From: an uncultured Desulfobacteraceae bacterium
GTDB lineage: Bacteria > Desulfobacterota > DSM-4660 > Desulfatiglandales > B25-G16
Length of the DNA stretch: 37,621 bases
Assembly: GCA_964655655.1 (NCBI GenBank)
Contig: CAZZPR010000020.1
Location: forward strand, 1-37,621
Reading direction: 5' to 3'
The position numbers were made by a program, and so were the translations under genes. The notes under the pieces are model-generated. The model was not told the origin of the DNA. It did no database searches and was given only the letters and a program-made list of their open reading frames with translations. Below are positions 30,673 to 37,621 of this stretch, piece by piece; position 1 is the stretch's first letter, and each line of letters starts with the position of its first letter.

Positions 30673-31245
30673 TTGTCAAGAATTTCTGATAATTCCCATA
30701 AGGACTCATCCTTGAAATTGATAGTGGAATCCCTTCTCTTTGCATCCGGTGAACCCTTGTCCCCGGAAAAGATTAGATCTTTTTTACCCGGCAGGGATAT
30801 AAAGGAAATAAGGGCCGCCCTCCAGGAGCTTAAAGGGGAATACGAGGGGATGAAAAGGAGCTTTGTCATCAAGGAGGTGGCAAAGGGTTTTCAATTCCGT
30901 TCGCTGCCGGAATTCAGACCCTATATAGCCAATATGTTCAAGTCCAGCCCATCCAAGTTAAGCAAGGCGGCACTGGAAACTTTGGCCATCGTCGCCTACA
31001 AGCAGCCGATAATCCGCCAGGAAATAGAAAGGTTCAGGGGTGTAGATGTAGGGGGCATACTAAAAAACCTTCTCCAAAGAAACCTCATCCGGATAGTGGG
31101 CCGTAAGTCCCTGCCCGGCAAACCAATCATATATGGCACCACAAAGGAATTTCTCGAAGTCTTTGACCTGGATGATCTTTCGTCGCTCCCTACATTGAAG
31201 GAGATAGAAGAGCTTGGTTCCGAGGGCAATGAGGAACCCTCCTAA
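30673..31245 (+). CDS. scpB: Segregation and condensation protein B.
   Basis: 'IVESLLFASGEPLS' motif and winged-helix repeats. Uses a TTG start, which is uncertain. Confidence 0.8.
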   Translation: MSRISDNSHKDSSLKLIVESLLFASGEPLSPEKIRSFLPGRDIKEIRAALQELKGEYEGMKRSFVIKEVAKGFQFRSLPEFRPYIANMFKSSPSKLSKAALETLAIVAYKQPIIRQEIERFRGVDVGGILKNLLQRNLIRIVGRKSLPGKPIIYGTTKEFLEVFDLDDLSSLPTLKEIEELGSEGNEEPS

Positions 31246-31249
31246 GCGG

Positions 31250-31999
31250 ATGAGACTGAACAAGATCATCGCCCTTTCCGGAATAGCTTCCAGAAGAAAG
31301 GCGGACAACCTCATTTCCTCCGGTGCGGTAATGGTAAACGGACGCGTGGAACGGAAGCTTGGCTCAAAGGCCGTCTGGGGAAAAGACCACATAACCGTCG
31401 AAGGCCGTCCTGTCCCGGATCCCCCAAAAAAGATATACCTTATGCTTAACAAGCCTTTTGGATATGTAAGCACCTTGCATGACCCCGAGGGCCGGCCAAT
31501 AATTTTGGATTTAATCCCGGACGCAAGTGAAAGGGTATACCCTGTGGGCAGGCTCGATTTTGACAGCCAGGGCCTCATGATACTTACCAACGACGGCGAA
31601 TTGGCCTACAGGCTTATGCACCCCAGGTACCGTGTTCCAAGGACCTACAAGGCAAAAGTTGTGGGCACGGTTTCAGATGATTCGGTAAGCACATTGAAAA
31701 AGGGTGTAGATCTCCGCGACGGCAGGACCAATCCCGCCCGCGTCAGGATACTTAAAAGGGAACGGGAAAGGAGTGTGCTGAGGGTTATAATCACTGAGGG
31801 CAGATACAGGGAAATAAGGAGAATGTTTGCTGCAGTAGGCCATGACACCATCAGCCTTGCAAGGACAGGATACGGGCCCCTGGCCCTGGGAAGGTTAAAG
31901 GTAGGAAAATACAGGTTGCTGAGTGGGGCCGAAATTGATGAATTGCGATCAGTGGTGGGGTTGAGCAATTACCCTCGGAGCAATAAAGACCGGGGGTGA
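31250..31999 (+). CDS. rluB: rRNA pseudouridine synthase, RsuA/RluB family.
   Basis: S4 domain 'RLNKIIALSGIASRRKADNLI' and catalytic 'YPVGRLDFDSQGL'. Start re-called at ATG 31250, 4 nt after the scpB stop. Confidence 0.8.
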   Translation: MRLNKIIALSGIASRRKADNLISSGAVMVNGRVERKLGSKAVWGKDHITVEGRPVPDPPKKIYLMLNKPFGYVSTLHDPEGRPIILDLIPDASERVYPVGRLDFDSQGLMILTNDGELAYRLMHPRYRVPRTYKAKVVGTVSDDSVSTLKKGVDLRDGRTNPARVRILKRERERSVLRVIITEGRYREIRRMFAAVGHDTISLARTGYGPLALGRLKVGKYRLLSGAEIDELRSVVGLSNYPRSNKDRG

Positions 32000-32127
32000 T
32001 GGCGCAATCTATGAAATTCTCGGAGGTAAAACCCTAAAATAAAAGGCCCGGGATTACGTACGGATCGCTAAACAAATTTTTTATTTACAAAAACAATAAA
32101 CTGTATTATCAATTACACAAGAAAAAG

Positions 32128-32202
32128 GGGCGGTTAACTCAGCGGGAGAGTGCCATCCTCACACGGTGGAAGCCCCGGGTTCAAACCCCGGACCGCCCAC
32201 CA
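32128..32202 (+). tRNA. tRNA-Val, anticodon CAC, with encoded CCA.
   Basis: Cloverleaf folded by hand. Acceptor stem GGGCGGT/ACCGCCC, D-arm ACTC/GAGT, anticodon stem CCATC/GGTGG with loop CTCACAC, T-arm CCGGG-TTCAAAC-CCCGG, then discriminator A and CCA. Confidence 0.85.
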
Positions 32203-32268
32203 CGAAAACTTCAGTGTTTATGCCTTTATTTTCTCAATTGCACAAAACTTTCCAGGTGTACGGACTTT

Positions 32269-32562
32269 TTAACCCAGATTGTGCAGTGGATATGGGTTTA
32301 AGTAACCGCAATCTCTAAGATAATTAAATATCTCTTTTTTAACGGCTCGGTCTATGGAACTCTCCAGTGAATTCAGGTTTAACCTAGGATAACGCTTCCA
32401 GAGCAGTTTCCTGTTGTAGATCTTCTTGGTAAACAGGCTTTCCGGTACAAAGGCACCTTCTTTTACCTCAAACTCGAATTTCACCCTTACCGGTATCTCC
32501 ACCCTCTCCATAGGCATACCCATTATATGGTGAATGACCTTTTTCTCCGCAATCCAAACCAC
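32269..32562 (-). CDS. Hypothetical 97-aa protein, last gene of the GGDEF/MinD-like transcription unit.
   Basis: ORF only. Its final 9 codons (…NPYPLHNLG*) are supplied by the half-copy of the palindromic repeat, so its true 3' end is uncertain. Confidence 0.35.
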   Translation of the reverse strand: MVWIAEKKVIHHIMGMPMERVEIPVRVKFEFEVKEGAFVPESLFTKKIYNRKLLWKRYPRLNLNSLESSIDRAVKKEIFNYLRDCGYLNPYPLHNLG

Positions 32563-32587
32563 TCTTTTGCCTCCGAAAATTTATCGT

Positions 32588-33352
32588 TTATTCCCCTTTA
32601 AAACCAAATATCTTTTCTGCAAGGGCAAATATAGACCTGGAGATCCCGCTCTGAGGATTCCGCAGCACAAACGGAGTTCGTTTGCGCATCGCCTCGGCTA
32701 CGGCATCGTGTTTAGGGATGTAACCAAGATAATCCATATCCAGGTCCAGAAATTCCTTTGCAACCCGTGTTAATACCTCGCAGGTTTTTCTATCCTCCTG
32801 TTCCCGGGTGACAAAATTTAGTACAACATGGAATCCCTTTCTTTTATTGTAATCCCTGGAGAGTATCTTTATCAATGCATATGCATCAGTCAAGGATGCA
32901 GGATCCGGGCTCAAAACGATTATGCTATACGTGGTAAAACCGTTAAACCATAACACCGAAGGCCCTATACCTGCGGCAGTGTCCACCAGGACATAATCGA
33001 ACTGTCCGGCAATCAAATCCATATATTCCCCTAATTGATTCTGCTCCTCCGGGCCAAGGGTAACCATATCCGGCACTCCGGAGCTGGCCGGGAGTATTCC
33101 GATACCCTTGTCCAGATATATAACCGATTCCATTGGATCGGCCCCCTTATCCAGGACATCCCTGATGGTTTTATTCACCGAGAGACCCAGCAGTACATCT
33201 ACATTTGCCAGACCCAGGTCTCCGTCAACTACAAGCACCCGGAAATCCTTTTCGGCAAGGGCAAAGGCAAGGTTTACCGCTATACTGGTCTTTCCGACCC
33301 CACCCTTTCCGCTCGTAATAGACAATGTTACTGGTTTTTTTTGTATTTTCAT
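32588..33352 (-). CDS. MinD/ParA/FlhG-family P-loop ATPase.
   Basis: Deviant Walker A 'SGKGGVGKT' and Walker B 'VLVDTAAG'. Confidence 0.8.
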   Translation of the reverse strand: MKIQKKPVTLSITSGKGGVGKTSIAVNLAFALAEKDFRVLVVDGDLGLANVDVLLGLSVNKTIRDVLDKGADPMESVIYLDKGIGILPASSGVPDMVTLGPEEQNQLGEYMDLIAGQFDYVLVDTAAGIGPSVLWFNGFTTYSIIVLSPDPASLTDAYALIKILSRDYNKRKGFHVVLNFVTREQEDRKTCEVLTRVAKEFLDLDMDYLGYIPKHDAVAEAMRKRTPFVLRNPQSGISRSIFALAEKIFGFKGE

Positions 33353-33355
33353 GAT

Positions 33356-34057
33356 CTACCGGTTATCACCCTCCCTTTCGGATTCCATGGTAAATAGGGC
33401 CTCCCGCTCCTTTGCTGATACCTCCGCAGGAAGCTTCTCCCCTTCCGGTTCCCTGAACCGCACGCAGTTTCTTCCCTCCTGCTTGGCCTTGAGAAGAAAA
33501 GAATCGGTACGTTTTATGAAATTCTCTATGGAAAGTCTTTCTGTGTAACTGTATATATCAACACCGAAGCTGGCAGACAAATTTACCCTTCTGTCATTCA
33601 ATTTTACCGGTGACCCCTCCAGGGACGCCCTCAGCCTTTCGGCCGCACGAGCCCCCTGGGGTAAGCGGGTTCCAGGAAGTATAATAGCGAATTCCTCTCC
33701 TCCATACCTGCACGGAATATCAATGTTACGTATGTTTTTGCAGAATATATCGCTGGCCCATTTAAGGGCCTTGTTTCCTGCACCGTGACCATGGGTGTCG
33801 TTTATGTACTTAAAATGATCCAGATCGATCATGATGAGCGCGGTAGGAAGCCCGGTTCTTCTGGTACGCTCCATTTCCATATTCAGGGCCTTCAGGAGGT
33901 ATCTATAGTTAAAAATCCCGGTTAAGCTGTCGGTCTGGGACAGCTCTTTTAATCTGCTAATCTCCTTCTTTAACCGGTCCACTTCATATAAAACCGGACA
34001 ATTTTTATAATCGAAAGGGCAACTTGTTTTTTGGTCGGATGATTTCAAGGGATTCAA
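33356..34057 (-). CDS. GGDEF-domain diguanylate cyclase with an N-terminal coiled coil.
   Basis: 'DSLTGIFNYRYL' and active site 'RYGGEEF' with an RxxD I-site (RNID). The stop lies 4 nt from the MinD-like start. Confidence 0.8.
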   Translation of the reverse strand: MNPLKSSDQKTSCPFDYKNCPVLYEVDRLKKEISRLKELSQTDSLTGIFNYRYLLKALNMEMERTRRTGLPTALIMIDLDHFKYINDTHGHGAGNKALKWASDIFCKNIRNIDIPCRYGGEEFAIILPGTRLPQGARAAERLRASLEGSPVKLNDRRVNLSASFGVDIYSYTERLSIENFIKRTDSFLLKAKQEGRNCVRFREPEGEKLPAEVSAKEREALFTMESEREGDNR

Positions 34058-34274
34058 CGAGTCTCAAGTTAAACATATATTATTCAATCTAACAGACAAA
34101 CGCACATTATTCAACCACCACTTTAGGCGTTGGTAAAGGTCCTTAAAAAATAACGCATCAAGTATCCTGTTAATAAAAGAAAAAATGCCTCCATTTTTTA
34201 GTTTATTTGAGTTAGGAAGGTTTTTCCTGCTTTTTGGTTCTTCATAAGAAGCCCGACTATCAGCAGATACCCGG

Positions 34275-34410
34275 CCACCCAAAGCCCTGCCCATTTCCTC
34301 AAGGCAACATCTACTGGCCTCAAAGCATGTGCCCTCATATTCGGGCTTTAAGGTAATTCATCAAAATCATAAATTTACTCCCAGGTGTAAACCCCGAATA
34401 TTTCGGGCAC
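34275..34410 (-). repeat. Copy C of the composite repeat (IR-left + spacer + core), in reverse orientation, about 280 bp upstream of yedE.
   Basis: The reverse complement reads 'gtgcccgaaatattcgggg…ttaaagcccgaatatgagggcacatgctttgaggccagtagatgttgccttgaggaaatgggcagggctttggg'. That matches copy B in both arms and the core, while the spacer differs. Confidence 0.6.
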
Positions 34411-34627
34411 GGGCAGCCCCGGTGGTATTCCTTTTAAGATATTGCCTCTCGGAAACAGGCGAAGATTTGTACTGTTATGCGGGAATCAATCTGGTTTCTG
34501 GATACTGATCTTTATGAGGGGTTAAAATTATGTATTGAGAACAAACTTAATATCATCGAGCCAATCTGTATGGCCTGAACTATTATCAAAATTAATTTGA
34601 TATTATTTCTCTATTTAATAAATCAAT

Positions 34628-34657
34628 TTGACAAATTAAATATTTAAATACTAATTA
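34628..34657 (+). promoter_or_regulatory. Sigma-70-like promoter TTGACA-N18-TAATTA in the AT-rich region upstream of yedE.
   Basis: Read directly. RBS 'aaggagg' follows 4 nt before the ATG at 34687. Confidence 0.3.
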
Positions 34658-34686
34658 ATTTTATTAAACTCAACAAGGAGGATTGA

Positions 34687-35754
34687 ATGGGTAAGGTATC
34701 CTTTTTTGCCCCGGGCAGGCTAATGATTGTGACCGGTTTACTTTTTGGTGCACTCGCTTCACTGCTAACCGAATGGGGCAATCCTGCCAATATGGGTATC
34801 TGTGTAGCCTGTTTCTATAGAGATATTGCCGGCGCAGTCGGGCTTCACCGGGCAGCTGTTGTCCAGTATATCCGACCTGAAATACTTGGATTTATATTTG
34901 GCGCATTCTTTTCTTCCCTTGGCTTCCGGGAATTTAGGGTAAGGGGCGGCTCCTCCCCTCTAGTCCGCTTTCTGTTGGGCACGTTCTTTATGATCGGCGC
35001 CCTGGTCTTTTTAGGATGCCCCATCCGTGCGCTTCTGAGGCTCGCCGGCGGAGACCTCAACGGTGTTACCGCTCTGGCGGGGGTTGTATTCGGGGCAATC
35101 ATCGGTATACAGTTCCTTAAAAACGGCTTTACACTGGGAAGATCATCAAGTATGCAGGCGTCGATAGGAGGACTTATGCCGTTAATATCCACCGGTTTCC
35201 TCCTGATGGTTATATTCAGGCCGGATTTCCTGTTTTTCAGTAAAAAGGGGCCCGGCTCCTTGCATGCCCCTATCTGGATCGCCCTGTTTACCGGTCTGTT
35301 GTTAGGCTTCCTGGCCCAGAGGACAAGGATGTGTTTTGTCGGGGGATGGAGGGACCTGATGCTGGTAAAGGATTCTTATCTCTTCAAGGGTGTTGCCTGT
35401 TTCTTTATAGGGGCAATAATTCTGAATGCAATACTCGGCGGCCATATCCACTGGGGTTTTACCGGGCAGCCAGTCGCCCATGATAATCATATATGGAACT
35501 TCCTGGGAATGACCCTTGCCGGACTGACCGCTACCCTTTTAGGTGGATGCCCCTTGCGTCAAACCATTTTAACGGGAGAAGGTGACTCAGATGCCGCCTT
35601 GACCGTGCTCGGCCTGGTTGCCGGTGCCGGCATTTCCCATAATTTCAACCTGGCCAGCAGCCCCAAGGGTGTGGGCGAATGGGGTCCGCTGGCGGTTATA
35701 ATAGGCCTTGCATTTTCCATTGCTATAGGGGTTTTAATGAGAGAAAAATCATAA
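34687..35754 (+). CDS. yedE: YedE/YeeE-family membrane protein (sulfur/selenium-compound transporter family).
   Basis: 355 aa polytopic protein with the two conserved Cys-containing re-entrant motifs 'GICVACF' and 'GCPIRALLR' in pseudo-repeat halves. Confidence 0.7.
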   Translation: MGKVSFFAPGRLMIVTGLLFGALASLLTEWGNPANMGICVACFYRDIAGAVGLHRAAVVQYIRPEILGFIFGAFFSSLGFREFRVRGGSSPLVRFLLGTFFMIGALVFLGCPIRALLRLAGGDLNGVTALAGVVFGAIIGIQFLKNGFTLGRSSSMQASIGGLMPLISTGFLLMVIFRPDFLFFSKKGPGSLHAPIWIALFTGLLLGFLAQRTRMCFVGGWRDLMLVKDSYLFKGVACFFIGAIILNAILGGHIHWGFTGQPVAHDNHIWNFLGMTLAGLTATLLGGCPLRQTILTGEGDSDAALTVLGLVAGAGISHNFNLASSPKGVGEWGPLAVIIGLAFSIAIGVLMREKS

Positions 35755-35765
35755 GGAGGCTTGAA

Positions 35766-35978
35766 ATGATAGAGGTCGATGCACGGGGTCTTTCCTGTCC
35801 TATCCCGGTGGTCAGGAGCAAGAAGGCTATCGATGAAAACCCCGGGGATAAGATACTGGTGATAGTAAACGAGGCAACCCAGAGGGATAATGTAACCCGA
35901 CTGGCAAAAAGCAGGGGCTACAACATAAAGGTAGAGGAAGTTCAAGATGAATACCGGCTTGAGCTGAAACCTGCATGA
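35766..35978 (+). CDS. yedF: TusA/SirA-fold sulfur (selenium) carrier protein, YedF-like.
   Basis: 70 aa, 'MIEVDARGLSCPIPVV' CPxP motif. RBS 'aaggagg' 6 nt upstream. The tracked ORF start at 35679 is an upstream extension. Confidence 0.7.
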   Translation: MIEVDARGLSCPIPVVRSKKAIDENPGDKILVIVNEATQRDNVTRLAKSRGYNIKVEEVQDEYRLELKPA

Positions 35979-36583
35979 ATTCGCTAATCACGGATAGCCG
36001 GAAAAGGGCTTCCTATATCAAAGGAGATATTAAACCTATGCTTTTTCTTAAAAGAAAAAAATCATACTCCGCCGATGGTCAAGGCCTGATTCTGTTTGAC
36101 CAAGTACCGGATGCGATGAAGGCAGAGAGATGCCTCAAGGAATCCGGTTACAAGGTCAAGCTGGTAGCGCCTCCCCCTGAAATACGTAAAGGTTGTGACC
36201 TTGCCGTACAGATAAATCTGGTGGAACAGCCCGGTATCGATAGGGTGCTAACCCAAAAGGGTGCTGACTTCATTGAAATAGTCCACGCGGGCGCAAATGG
36301 GGCTGAAATACTGGATATCGTAAAAGTAAAGGATTTCGGAAATGCTACCATGGTAAAGGCGGGAAATATGAAGCTGTCGTTTGACAATAAAACCGGAGTT
36401 GTTCTCAACACCTCGGGAGGAGGGTGCCCGGATATACCTTATCTTCATGCGGAAATGTTAAATAAAAAACTGACCGAGGCCCCAAGACCCAGGCAAATCG
36501 GCTTTACCCTCTGCGCCCTTATGCTGGATAGGGCCCTGGAAGAATGCCTGGAAATCTGGAAAGGGGGAAACCGAAAATGTTGA
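35975..36583 (+). CDS. DUF3343-like (putative Se/S carrier) N-terminal domain followed by an uncharacterised C-terminal domain.
   Basis: 'LILFDQVPDAMKAERCLKESGYKVKLVAPPPEIRKGCDLAVQI' fits the small DUF3343 fold, recalled from memory. The C-terminal 100 aa contain 'SGGGCPD'. The start is ambiguous between 35975 and 36038. Confidence 0.45.
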   Translation: MNSLITDSRKRASYIKGDIKPMLFLKRKKSYSADGQGLILFDQVPDAMKAERCLKESGYKVKLVAPPPEIRKGCDLAVQINLVEQPGIDRVLTQKGADFIEIVHAGANGAEILDIVKVKDFGNATMVKAGNMKLSFDNKTGVVLNTSGGGCPDIPYLHAEMLNKKLTEAPRPRQIGFTLCALMLDRALEECLEIWKGGNRKC

Positions 36584-37479
36584 TCCTTGCGGGCACGGTC
36601 CCTATAGACAAGTTTCCTTTGACCTTCGGAAGACTCGAACCCGAGTCTGGGATTATCTCCGTAAATGGGCTTAATATACCCTGCACTCAGGGGATCGGGG
36701 CCATGATTGCATCCGCGCTGGCCACCACTAAATATATGGGGCTGGAGCCACCGAACGCACTTGTCGCCGGTGATATAGGCAAAGGGGACGGCACCAGGGC
36801 AATCTATAATTACCTTATTCGTGAGGCGCCGGGAATCTTTTCCAAGCCCTCTCCTTTCCTTGCCAATACTCTGGTTCTGCATTACTGCCTTCCGGATATG
36901 GCATTAATAAAGGATTTGTGTAAATCCCTTGAAAGATGCCCTCAAAGGCCTATTTCCATTGCAGATGCATCATCTATGTACGGTGCCAAAGCCGCAGGAC
37001 TAGCCCGGATGTTTGACGTGTTTACCCCTGACCTTACGGAAATTGCCTTTTTAGCTGACTCAGAGGCCATACATCCTGCCTACATCAATAAACATCTTTT
37101 TAATTCCAGCTCCTCCGAAGTGCCTGAATTGATTTCAAACGCCTACAGAAATAATAACGCAGCCAGTGTCCTGTTGATAAAAGGAGAGGTGGACTATATA
37201 GCCAAGGAAGGGAAAATTCTGGATACAGTCTCCGAGCCCGACGTACCAGAGCTGGAAGCCATTGGAGGTACCGGTGATACCATTACCGGCATGGTATCCG
37301 CCTTTTGTTATGCCGGGCTGGAACTCAGCGAGGCCGCCATTATTGCAGCCAGGTCAAACCGCACGGCCGCCAAATTCGCCGATCCTTCTCTTGCCACCAG
37401 GATATGGGAGATAATTGATCATTTTCCTTTGGTGTTCAGGGAAAACCTTTGCAACTGGAGCGGCATATGCGTACGGTAA
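36577..37479 (+). CDS. Ribokinase-fold protein related to the YjeF-C / NAD(P)H-hydrate-dehydratase and carbohydrate-kinase family.
   Basis: 'LLIKGEVDYI…' followed by the anion-hole 'IGGTGDTITGMVSAF'. Start re-called at ATG 36577 because RBS 'aaggggg' lies upstream. Confidence 0.4.
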   Translation: MLILAGTVPIDKFPLTFGRLEPESGIISVNGLNIPCTQGIGAMIASALATTKYMGLEPPNALVAGDIGKGDGTRAIYNYLIREAPGIFSKPSPFLANTLVLHYCLPDMALIKDLCKSLERCPQRPISIADASSMYGAKAAGLARMFDVFTPDLTEIAFLADSEAIHPAYINKHLFNSSSSEVPELISNAYRNNNAASVLLIKGEVDYIAKEGKILDTVSEPDVPELEAIGGTGDTITGMVSAFCYAGLELSEAAIIAARSNRTAAKFADPSLATRIWEIIDHFPLVFRENLCNWSGICVR

Positions 37480-37621
37480 TTCCTGTCCCTGAAGGGCTTA
37501 CAAAAAAGAGGCAGAGTATTAAGAAATAACGGATTTAGCTATGTCGGAATCATAAGTTTTTCTTCAAGCTTATCTTCTACAGTAAATCGGCCACCGAAAA
37601 ATGAAAGCCTTTGTATATGCG

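Noticed and set aside
1-37621. CRISPR arrays, integrases, transposases and prophage genes.
   Set aside because: No regularly spaced direct repeats and no recombinase or transposase-like ORFs were seen. The only mobile-element signal is the small MITE-like insert.

Overview
The window looks like a Desulfobacterota/deltaproteobacterial-type chromosome segment; that assignment is inferred from gene content only. It has housekeeping blocks and two accessory loci of interest.

Housekeeping genes:
- carA-carB-purF.
- A sigma-54/NifA-like-controlled nitrogen block: amt-glnK-[flotillin]-glnA-[class-II aaRS-like/AsnA-like].
- trpS-scpA-scpB-rluB and tRNA-Val(CAC).
- queF, a CbpA-like J-protein and a secreted nuclease.
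- A GGDEF/MinD-like pair.

Accessory loci:
- A five-gene Fe-S/flavoprotein operon (17632-24024): hdrA-like, mvhD-like, a di-[4Fe-4S] protein, and AsrA-like and AsrB/HydG-like subunits. It has no hdrBC and no hydrogenase subunits. Both hdrA and mvhD carry an in-frame TGA exactly where homologues have a conserved Cys, each followed by a SECIS-like hairpin, so both are predicted selenoproteins. This is a candidate uncharacterised NAD(P)H-linked flavin-based electron-bifurcation module.
- A yedE-yedF(TusA-like)-DUF3343-ribokinase-fold cluster (34687-37479). This gene neighbourhood has been associated with selenium trafficking, consistent with the two Sec codons.

Intergenic regions carry three families of short repeats:
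- A roughly 140-bp composite element with internal inverted repeats (3-4 copies).
- A perfect 36-38-bp palindrome (2 full copies and one half copy).
- A single MITE-like insertion flanked by a 10-bp direct duplication.

Several tracked ORF boundaries are displaced by these repeats or by TTG starts; I re-called them from RBS positions.
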